Shown here: positions 50,694-63,833 of the stretch, one piece after another
Position numbering within the stretch: the first letter of the stretch is position 1
How the letters are laid out: every line of letters starts with the position of its first letter
Assembly (NCBI GenBank): GCA_964016885.1
Contig: OZ024742.1
Span: forward strand, 108,934,001 to 108,997,833
Length of the DNA stretch: 63,833 bases
From: Eledone cirrhosa
Taxonomy: Eukaryota
Reading direction: 5' to 3'
Translations under genes and position numbers: made by a program
Notes under the pieces: generated by a model
The model's input: only the letters and a program-made list of their open reading frames with translations
Told to the model about the DNA's origin: nothing
The model's database searches: none

Positions 50694-51457
50694 ATAAAAT
50701 TGTAGGAATCTCAAACGTGGAAATAGCTGAATAGCTGTAAAGCAGCCAGTTGCTATTATGCATAGGAAAGAGTTGGGTTAAAACATAAACTTTTATCAGT
50801 GGAAGAATGGTCATAGGAGAAGGGAGAGAGGGAGAGAATGAAAGAAATAGAGTTTAAAGCATAATATGAGAAATGAGAGAAATATAAAGAGAGAGAAGAG
50901 AGGAAAAGCGGGAATGAGAATGATGGAGCAAACATTTTTTATAATACAGTAGAGAAAAGATAAAGAATGTAAATTAAAAAAGAAATAAAGAACTATAGCA
51001 TTGTAAGAATCTCATCAGCTTCCTTCTGGCCAACGTGCTTTTGCGCAGGAAAAAGGAAGTATAATTTATTTAAGGATAGCCTGTGCAACAGAATCAAAAT
51101 TTCTGTTCATATGAAGCTGGTATAAAGAGAAAGACAAGAGAGCAGTTGAACCACTTCTGTACACTAGAGAAAAGTTGAAGCATCCTTTCTCCACTGCTTT
51201 ATCTTTCGTAATTTTCCAAAACTTTTTTGTTCTATCGTTCTCATTCCCACTTTTCCTCTCTTCTCTCTCTCTATACCTCTCTCATTTCTCATCATATGCT
51301 TTAGACTCTGTTTCTTTCATCTTCTCCCTCTCTCCCTTCTTCTCTGACTATTCTTCCTCTCATAAGAGGTTATATTTTAATCCAACTCTTTGCTATGCAT
51401 AATAGCAGCTGGCTGTTTTACAGCTATTTCTGCATTTGAGATTCCTACAATTTTATT
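50694..51457. repeat. diverged ~240-bp inverted repeat (PLE-terminal-like)
   Basis: 50694-50935 is the reverse complement of 51225-51457, e.g. TTGTAGGAATCTCAAA and TTTGAGATTCCTACAA. Confidence 0.75.
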
Positions 51458-52154
51458 AAAAATTTTATGCACTCATTGCTCCAATTCATTTCAATCATAC
51501 ACATATATATATATATAGGTGTATGTATGTGTTTAAGAGAGAGATGGGGTGGGGAGAATCCAAATATTGTAGTTAGAGAATGTACTAGGTGCATTTTATC
51601 ATGGCATTACTGGCAGTAGTTTGTATGTTGTCTGCATGTTAAGACAATCAACAAATTACATGAAATAGAATATTTAAATTTTCTGGTGTTTCTATGGAAA
51701 GGGTGTATATTTTGTTGACATCAACAATTTTAAGCTACTCAAACAACAACTACAATAACAGCTATAATAACAATAACAATTACAACAATAACCAAAGTAA
51801 ATAAGTAAATAAATATATCACTAAAAGAAATAGAAAACAATAAGTACTATTGTTATTATCACAGCATGGAAAAGCAGACATAAAATATATGTAATATACA
51901 CACACACACACACACACATCCACACCCACACATACGCATCCACACACATGCACACACACACATAAATACACACCCACACATCCACACACATGCACACACA
52001 CACACACATAAATACACACACTCACACACACATACATCCACACACACACTCACACATGTATATATTCATGATGCCTGTTGGCATTTCTTGTGAGGAAAAT
52101 TAGTTGTGCCAATTGTCCACTGAATAGTTAATCAGATGTTCACAGTTGTCTTTT

Positions 52155-52578
52155 GTTCTTCCTCTTCTCTCTCTTCACTTTCTCTCTCTTCTTCTTCCTC
52201 ACTTCCTCTTCCTCTCTCTCTCTTCACTTTCTCTCTCTCTTCTTCTTCCTCACTTCCTCTTCCTCTCTCTCTCTCTTCACTTTCTCTCTCTCGCTTCACT
52301 TTCTCTCTCCTCCCTCTTCACTCTCTCTCTCCTTCATTTTCTCTTCCTCACATCCTCTCTCTCTCTTTCTCTCTCTCTCTTCTCCACTTTCTCTCTCTTT
52401 CCTCTTCACTCTCTCTCTCCTTCACTTTCTCTTTCTCTCCTTCACTTTCTCTTTCTCTCTTCCTCACATCCTCACTCTCTCTCACTTCACTTTCTCTCTC
52501 TTTCCTCTTCACTCTCTCTCTCTTCTTCACTTTCTCTTTCCCTCTTCCTCACTTTCTCTCTCTCTTCTTCACGTTCTC

Positions 52579-52636
<58 letters not shown>

Positions 52637-53002
52637 ACTTTCTCTTGCTCCTTCACTTTCTCATTCTCTCTTCCTCACTTTATCTCTCTTCTTCACATTC
52701 TCTCTCTCGCTCCTCTTCACTTTCTCTCTCTCCTTCACTTTCTCTCTCTCTCCTTCACTTTCTCTCTCTCTCCTTCACTTTCTCTCTCTCCTTCACTTTC
52801 TCTCTCTCTCCTTCACTTTCTCTCTCCCTCCTCTCCATTTTCTAACCATCTTTCACTTTCTCTCTCTTTCCTCTTCATCTTTTCTATACTTTCTGCTTCA
52901 TATTCTCTCTTCTCTTTTTTCCTTCATCTTTCCCCCCTCTCACTCTTCTCCTCTCTCTCTCTTCCTCTCTACTCTCACTCTTTATTTTCTTATCTCTCTC
53001 CT
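52155..53002. repeat. polypyrimidine (CT/CTTCACTTT) low-complexity tract
   Basis: Directly visible. Confidence 0.95.
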
Positions 53003-53106
53003 TGACCTTCCTTTTATACTCACCCACTTTCACCCAGAAACAACTCCAACACATGTGAGCAACTTTGTTGTTGTTCTTGCTTATGGTGAGGTGTTTGTCA
53101 TATTGT

Positions 53107-53154
<48 letters not shown>

Positions 53155-53261
53155 GTGAGGTTCTTTTACAAAATGAAAAAAAACAAGATGTCCAACACGA
53201 GTGAAAATATAAGGAAAAAAGATGAAATCGAAAATGCAATTGGAGTCTTTTTTAAAAAAGT

Positions 53262-53669
53262 CAGCTGACCATGCCTTGCTCATACAGGAACTGATTTTGG
53301 CTTGATTTCTACAGCTGGATGCCCTTCCTAACACCAACCTCATTTACAGTGAGTGCTGGGTGCTTTTTCCGTGGCGCCTACATGTCCACTTTACAGTGTG
53401 GGCTGGGTGCTTTTTTGTCGTTGTTTGCATTTGGGGCAGAGAATGGAGTTCCTACCTACACCATTCCTACATACTGAGCAAGGCCATTTCCCTGAGGGGA
53501 TCTGGGTTCTGTTTTCTCGCCTACTTACAAGGACCTTAGTCTTTGTCATGTTGACTTTGAGACCTTTTCTTTCTAGTCCCTGCTTCCAAGTTTGGAATTT
53601 CTTCTCTAGTTCTACCATAGATTCAGCTATAAGTGCGAGGTCATCAGCATACAGGAGTTCCCATGGGCA
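53262..53669 (-). mobile_element. RTE fragment with an internal deletion (RT joined to 3' UTR)
   Basis: PWELLYADDL...KWPCSVCRNGVGRNSILCPKCK is fused directly to 3' UTR repeats. Confidence 0.8.
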
Positions 53670-56880
<3,211 letters not shown>

Positions 56881-57116
56881 ATTTAGAAACACACAGATAC
56901 ATGCGGACGCACACATATATACATGAATGCATCCGCACCCAACTGTGAGTTAAGGGTGCCAACTTCACCGATGTTGCTCAATGAATGACTGGGACAGACC
57001 AATTCAGTTTGAACTAGACTGAACCAGTATCAGAGTTAAAAATACATTATGAAGAGAGAAGAAACATTTAGATATAATTAGTAATAAAATGTATCATACC
57101 TAAACTGTTCCTAAAT

Positions 57117-57204
57117 TCCTCGACTACGTAGTTTCGTGGCATAAACAAAAACAATATATCAAAGATATAGAGTCCTTGCGAGGTCTGCCGACTTATCAAG
57201 AGGA
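57117..57204 (-). ncRNA. type I hammerhead ribozyme, U3:A8 core variant (copy 1)
   Basis: Reverse complement of 60900-60987. Confidence 0.8.
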
Positions 57205-57707
57205 TACCTCATTTTACTAGTCTCAAGAACGCGTCTACACGACGTGAGAAAGAATCCCAAAAGGCGGAGGGGGAGATAGTCACGCGATATAACGGTCGAG
57301 AAACAGAGCTAAGCCTCTTATAACCACGAAGAAAATACCACGGAGGCGGAGGGGGTATTCATATCGAGGCCGTAGAAGAGGTAGTGAAGAAGGCGAGAAG
57401 TATGAGTAATGGAAGCTTTCCAGTTGTCCCCACACCTCAAAGATTGCTCGACCAGAGGGAGTTATTAATATATTTAGAAACACACAGATACATGCGGACG
57501 CACACATATATACATGAATGCATCCGCACCCAACTGTGAGTTAAGGGTGCCAACTTCACCGATGTTGCTCAATGAATGACTGGGACAGACCAATTCAGTT
57601 TGAACTAGACTGAACCAGTATCAGAGTTAAAAATACATTATGAAGAGAGAAGAAACATTTAGATATAATTAGTAATAAAATGTATCATACCTAAACTGTT
57701 CCTAAAT

Positions 57708-57795
57708 TCCTCGACTACGTAGTTTCGTGGCATAAACAAAAACAATATATCAAAGATATAGAGTCCTTGCGAGGTCTGCCGACTTATCAAGAGGA
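57708..57795 (-). ncRNA. type I hammerhead ribozyme, U3:A8 core variant (copy 2)
   Basis: Reverse complement of 60900-60987. Confidence 0.8.
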
Positions 57796-58298
57796 TACCT
57801 CATTTTACTAGTCTCAAGAACGCGTCTACACGACGTGAGAAAGAATCCCAAAAGGCGGAGGGGGAGATAGTCACGCGATATAACGGTCGAGAAACAGAGC
57901 TAAGCCTCTTATAACCACGAAGAAAATACCACGGAGGCGGAGGGGGTATTCATATCGAGGCCGTAGAAGAGGTAGTGAAGAAGGCGAGAAGTATGAGTAA
58001 TGGAAGCTTTCCAGTTGTCCCCACACCTCAAAGATTGCTCGACCAGAGGGAGTTATTAATATATTTAGAAACACACAGATACATGCGGACGCACACATAT
58101 ATACATGAATGCATCCGCACCCAACTGTGAGTTAAGGGTGCCAACTTCACCGATGTTGCTCAATGAATGACTGGGACAGACCAATTCAGTTTGAACTAGA
58201 CTGAACCAGTATCAGAGTTAAAAATACATTATGAAGAGAGAAGAAACATTTAGATATAATTAGTAATAAAATGTATCATACCTAAACTGTTCCTAAAT

Positions 58299-58386
58299 TC
58301 CTCGACTACGTAGTTTCGTGGCATAAACAAAAACAATATATCAAAGATATAGAGTCCTTGCGAGGTCTGCCGACTTATCAAGAGGA
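58299..58386 (-). ncRNA. type I hammerhead ribozyme, U3:A8 core variant (copy 3)
   Basis: Reverse complement of 60900-60987. Confidence 0.8.
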
Positions 58387-58889
58387 TACCTCATTTTACT
58401 AGTCTCAAGAACGCGTCTACACGACGTGAGAAAGAATCCCAAAAGGCGGAGGGGGAGATAGTCACGCGATATAACGGTCGAGAAACAGAGCTAAGCCTCT
58501 TATAACCACGAAGAAAATACCACGGAGGCGGAGGGGGTATTCATATCGAGGCCGTAGAAGAGGTAGTGAAGAAGGCGAGAAGTATGAGTAATGGAAGCTT
58601 TCCAGTTGTCCCCACACCTCAAAGATTGCTCGACCAGAGGGAGTTATTAATATATTTAGAAACACACAGATACATGCGGACGCACACATATATACATGAA
58701 TGCATCCGCACCCAACTGTGAGTTAAGGGTGCCAACTTCACCGATGTTGCTCAATGAATGACTGGGACAGACCAATTCAGTTTGAACTAGACTGAACCAG
58801 TATCAGAGTTAAAAATACATTATGAAGAGAGAAGAAACATTTAGATATAATTAGTAATAAAATGTATCATACCTAAACTGTTCCTAAAT

Positions 58890-58977
58890 TCCTCGACTAC
58901 GTAGTTTCGTGGCATAAACAAAAACAATATATCAAAGATATAGAGTCCTTGCGAGGTCTGCCGACTTATCAAGAGGA
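58890..58977 (-). ncRNA. type I hammerhead ribozyme, U3:A8 core variant (copy 4)
   Basis: Reverse complement of 60900-60987. Confidence 0.8.
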
Positions 58978-59480
58978 TACCTCATTTTACTAGTCTCAAG
59001 AACGCGTCTACACGACGTGAGAAAGAATCCCAAAAGGCGGAGGGGGAGATAGTCACGCGATATAACGGTCGAGAAACAGAGCTAAGCCTCTTATAACCAC
59101 GAAGAAAATACCACGGAGGCGGAGGGGGTATTCATATCGAGGCCGTAGAAGAGGTAGTGAAGAAGGCGAGAAGTATGAGTAATGGAAGCTTTCCAGTTGT
59201 CCCCACACCTCAAAGATTGCTCGACCAGAGGGAGTTATTAATATATTTAGAAACACACAGATACATGCGGACGCACACATATATACATGAATGCATCCGC
59301 ACCCAACTGTGAGTTAAGGGTGCCAACTTCACCGATGTTGCTCAATGAATGACTGGGACAGACCAATTCAGTTTGAACTAGACTGAACCAGTATCAGAGT
59401 TAAAAATACATTATGAAGAGAGAAGAAACATTTAGATATAATTAGTAATAAAATGTATCATACCTAAACTGTTCCTAAAT

Positions 59481-59568
59481 TCCTCGACTACGTAGTTTCG
59501 TGGCATAAACAAAAACAATATATCAAAGATATAGAGTCCTTGCGAGGTCTGCCGACTTATCAAGAGGA
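59481..59568 (-). ncRNA. type I hammerhead ribozyme, U3:A8 core variant (copy 5)
   Basis: Reverse complement of 60900-60987. Confidence 0.8.
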
Positions 59569-60071
59569 TACCTCATTTTACTAGTCTCAAGAACGCGTCT
59601 ACACGACGTGAGAAAGAATCCCAAAAGGCGGAGGGGGAGATAGTCACGCGATATAACGGTCGAGAAACAGAGCTAAGCCTCTTATAACCACGAAGAAAAT
59701 ACCACGGAGGCGGAGGGGGTATTCATATCGAGGCCGTAGAAGAGGTAGTGAAGAAGGCGAGAAGTATGAGTAATGGAAGCTTTCCAGTTGTCCCCACACC
59801 TCAAAGATTGCTCGACCAGAGGGAGTTATTAATATATTTAGAAACACACAGATACATGCGGACGCACACATATATACATGAATGCATCCGCACCCAACTG
59901 TGAGTTAAGGGTGCCAACTTCACCGATGTTGCTCAATGAATGACTGGGACAGACCAATTCAGTTTGAACTAGACTGAACCAGTATCAGAGTTAAAAATAC
60001 ATTATGAAGAGAGAAGAAACATTTAGATATAATTAGTAATAAAATGTATCATACCTAAACTGTTCCTAAAT

Positions 60072-60159
60072 TCCTCGACTACGTAGTTTCGTGGCATAAA
60101 CAAAAACAATATATCAAAGATATAGAGTCCTTGCGAGGTCTGCCGACTTATCAAGAGGA
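60072..60159 (-). ncRNA. type I hammerhead ribozyme, U3:A8 core variant (copy 6)
   Basis: Reverse complement of 60900-60987. Confidence 0.8.
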
Positions 60160-60899
60160 TACCTCATTTTACTAGTCTCAAGAACGCGTCTACACGACGT
60201 GAGAAAGAATCCCAAAAGGCGGAGGGGGAGATAGTCACGCGATATAACGGTCGAGAAACAGAGCTAAGCCTCTTATAACCACGAAGAAAATACCACGGAG
60301 GCGGAGGGGGTATTCATATCGAGGCCGTAGAAGAGGTAGTGAAGAAGGCGAGAAGTATGAGTAATGGAAGCTTTCGAGGAATTTAGGAACAGTTTAGGTA
60401 TGATACATTTTAGGTATGATACATTTTATTACTAATTATATCTAAATGTTTCTTCTCTCTTCATAATGTATTTTTAACTCTGATACTGGTTCAGTCTAGT
60501 TCAAACTGAATTGGTCTGTCCCAGTCATTCATTGAGCAACATCGGTGAAGTTGGCACCCTTAACTCACAGTTGGGTGCGGATGCATTCATGTATATATGT
60601 GTGCGTCCGCATGTATCTGTGTGTTTCTAAATATATTAATAACTCCCTCTGGTCGAGCAATCTTTGAGGTGTGGGGACAACTGGAAAGCTTCCATTACTC
60701 ATACTTCTCGCCTTCTTCACTACCTCTTCTACGGCCTCGATATGAATACCCCCTCCGCCTCCGTGGTATTTTCTTCGTGGTTATAAGAGGCTTAGCTCTG
60801 TTTCTCGACCGTTATATCGCGTGACTATCTCCCCCTCCGCCTTTTGGGATTCTTTCTCACGTCGTGTAGACGCGTTCTTGAGACTAGTAAAATGAGGTA

Positions 60900-60987
60900 T
60901 CCTCTTGATAAGTCGGCAGACCTCGCAAGGACTCTATATCTTTGATATATTGTTTTTGTTTATGCCACGAAACTACGTAGTCGAGGA
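60900..60987 (+). ncRNA. type I hammerhead ribozyme, U3:A8 core variant (copy 7)
   Basis: Stem I TCCTC/GAGGA; core TTGATAA (60905-60911); stem II GTcGGCA/TGCCAC; GAAA (60969-60972); stem III ACTA-CG-TAGT; GTC with predicted cleavage after 60982. Confidence 0.8.
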
Positions 60988-61490
60988 ATTTAGGAACAGT
61001 TTAGGTATGATACATTTTATTACTAATTATATCTAAATGTTTCTTCTCTCTTCATAATGTATTTTTAACTCTGATACTGGTTCAGTCTAGTTCAAACTGA
61101 ATTGGTCTGTCCCAGTCATTCATTGAGCAACATCGGTGAAGTTGGCACCCTTAACTCACAGTTGGGTGCGGATGCATTCATGTATATATGTGTGCGTCCG
61201 CATGTATCTGTGTGTTTCTAAATATATTAATAACTCCCTCTGGTCGAGCAATCTTTGAGGTGTGGGGACAACTGGAAAGCTTCCATTACTCATACTTCTC
61301 GCCTTCTTCACTACCTCTTCTACGGCCTCGATATGAATACCCCCTCCGCCTCCGTGGTATTTTCTTCGTGGTTATAAGAGGCTTAGCTCTGTTTCTCGAC
61401 CGTTATATCGCGTGACTATCTCCCCCTCCGCCTTTTGGGATTCTTTCTCACGTCGTGTAGACGCGTTCTTGAGACTAGTAAAATGAGGTA

Positions 61491-61578
61491 TCCTCTTGAT
61501 AAGTCGGCAGACCTCGCAAGGACTCTATATCTTTGATATATTGTTTTTGTTTATGCCACGAAACTACGTAGTCGAGGA
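61491..61578 (+). ncRNA. type I hammerhead ribozyme, U3:A8 core variant (copy 8)
   Basis: Same sequence as 60900-60987; predicted cleavage after 61573. Confidence 0.8.
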
Positions 61579-61650
61579 ATTTAGGAACAGTTTAGGTATG
61601 ATACATTTTATTACTAATTATATCTAAATGTTTCTTCTCTCTTCATAATG

Positions 61651-62396
<746 letters not shown>

Positions 62397-62440
62397 ATAA
62401 AGAACACAAGAGCGTCTACAACATAAAAAGATTTTTATTG

Positions 62441-62485
62441 GCTTACAATGTTTCTTCCTTACGTAACCGTAGGATTCGTCAGAGC
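62441..62485 (-). ncRNA. minimal hammerhead motif in a ~340-bp PLE-like insert (62397-62740)
   Basis: Minus strand GCT-CTGACGA-ATCCTACG-GTTA-CGTAAGGAA-GAAA-CATTG-TA-AGC; the closing pair of stem II is mismatched. Confidence 0.6.
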
Positions 62486-62952
62486 TATAAAAGGGGTTTG
62501 ATTGGTGTTATGGACTCTACCAACCAAACATTCAAGAACAAAGAGTAAAGAGAGTAAAGAGCAAAAGTAGGGGACGATAAGTCTAATTTTGGTGCGGGAG
62601 GGTGGGGTGTGGGTCCTTGTTTACTAGCTGCGGTCATATTCATTCCCGGGAGTCGAGTGGTTAGCTGAACCACAGATGGGGTGGCGTCGATAGTATGGTG
62701 CAGAGGGTGTGCAGAGGCTACACAAACACAAAGGGCATACAATATATATATATATAACGGAGGAGAAAGTACATGAAGTAATTAGAAATGGAAAAAGAGT
62801 AATAATAATAATCTATAATTAATAATGTATAATAAGGCATGCGGAAGATTACACTATAATAAGGTATATAATATATAAATATATATAATATATATATATA
62901 TATAATATATATATATATACATATATATAATATATATATATATATATATAAT

Positions 62953-62986
<34 letters not shown>

Positions 62987-63018
62987 ATATATATATATAA
63001 TATATATATATATATATA

Positions 63019-63729
63019 CATCATCATCATCATCATCATCATCGTTTAACATCCGTGTTCCATGCTTGCATGGGTTTGGACGGGAGTTTTCCCACTTGAG
63101 GCAAGAGTGGTTGTCTTGCTCGCATAGGACTGTCTGGCGGGTTTTCTACAGTTGGATGCCCTTCCTAACACCAACCACATTTACAGTGTGGGGCTGGGAG
63201 GTTGTTACCGTGTTGCCTACACGGCCACATTACAGCGTGGACTGTCTGGCGGGTTTTCTACAGCTGGATGCCCTTCCTAACACCAACCGCATTTACAGTG
63301 AGGGACTGGGAGGTTTTTACCGTGTTGCCTACACGGTCACATTACAGCGTGGACTGTGTTTTTTTTTGTCGTGACACCTACACGATCTCATTTGTTTCGG
63401 CCTGGATTTTGTGGCACCAACATAACTTTACATTGAAAGGGGCGGGGTGGTGGGACGGGGGTGTATTTTGTTAGAGATGCCTACTGCTGTAGTAGGTTTT
63501 ACTTTGTATTTAGGTAAGGCGGGTCTTCTCTATTACTGAGTACCGCCAAAGCTCTCGGTCCAGTGACATTGTCTTGGAGAGGTGTAAGTGTGTGAGGTCG
63601 GAATTTATCAGCTTGTCCCAGGTTTTTCTGGGTCTGCCTACTCCGTGGCTACCGTCTATCTTTATTGCCCTGCACTTTGCTATACAGCTGTCGTCTTTCA
63701 TGCACATCACGTGACCATACCAACGTAGC
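63019..63729 (-). mobile_element. RTE LINE 3' fragment within (TA)n
   Basis: Near-identical reverse complement of 41265-41980. Confidence 0.9.
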
Positions 63730-63742
63730 TATATATTATATA

Positions 63743-63833
<91 letters not shown>

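Larger units (their letters stand above)
56881..60375 (-). mobile_element. retrozyme-like tandem array, ~5.9 x 591-bp units (ribozyme strand is minus)
   Basis: Exact 591-bp period (ORF track hits at 57280, 57871, 58462, 59053, 59644); one hammerhead motif per unit. Confidence 0.85.
60376..61653 (+). mobile_element. inverted arm of the same array, ~2.1 units
   Basis: Reverse complement of the left arm; starts at the predicted cleavage site; has a 16-bp duplication at 60395-60426. Confidence 0.85.

Noticed and set aside
52136-53204. Ser/Leu/Phe-rich ORFs of 230-352 aa
   Set aside because: They are translations of a CT low-complexity tract.
60300-60700. Inversion as a sequencing fold-back chimera
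   Set aside because: The junction is asymmetric by 308 nt, falls on the predicted cleavage site and has a private 16-bp duplication. It is disfavoured, though read-level confirmation is still needed.
60597-60824. 75-aa ORF repeated in every 591-bp unit (and 591 is divisible by 3)
   Set aside because: It has a GTG start, no recognisable motif and a stop within the unit, so there is no endless rolling-circle ORF. Its recurrence simply reflects the repeat.
56881-61653. Array as a CRISPR locus or an rDNA/5S/snRNA cluster
   Set aside because: There are no unique spacers, and I recognise no 5S, tRNA or snRNA sequence in the unit.

Overview
AT-rich, repeat-saturated animal genomic DNA. The SINE and RTE families and the long (TA)n and (ATC)n tracts suggest an octopus-like cephalopod; this is inference, not verified. 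I found no host protein-coding gene I can support. The window is a patchwork of decayed RTE LINEs (many inserted into TA tracts), two R4/Dong-type RLE elements, a Tx1/L1 element with a 14-bp TSD inside an 87-bp minisatellite, mariner/Tc1 remnants, tRNA-derived SINEs and Penelope-like (PLE) remnants with inverted ends and minimal hammerhead ribozymes. The standout is 56881-61653: about 8 seemingly identical 591-bp units inside (TA)n, about 5.9 on the minus strand joined head-to-head to about 2.1 on the plus strand. Each unit carries a type I hammerhead with a non-canonical compensated core (UUGAUAA, U3:A8 instead of C3:G8), a self-complementary stem III (ACUACGUAGU) and a GUC cleavage site. The inverted arm starts at the predicted self-cleavage nucleotide. 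This looks like a recently integrated retrozyme-like (circular ribozyme RNA) element that standard CUGANGA searches would miss. All structures were read by eye, and boundaries of old elements are approximate.
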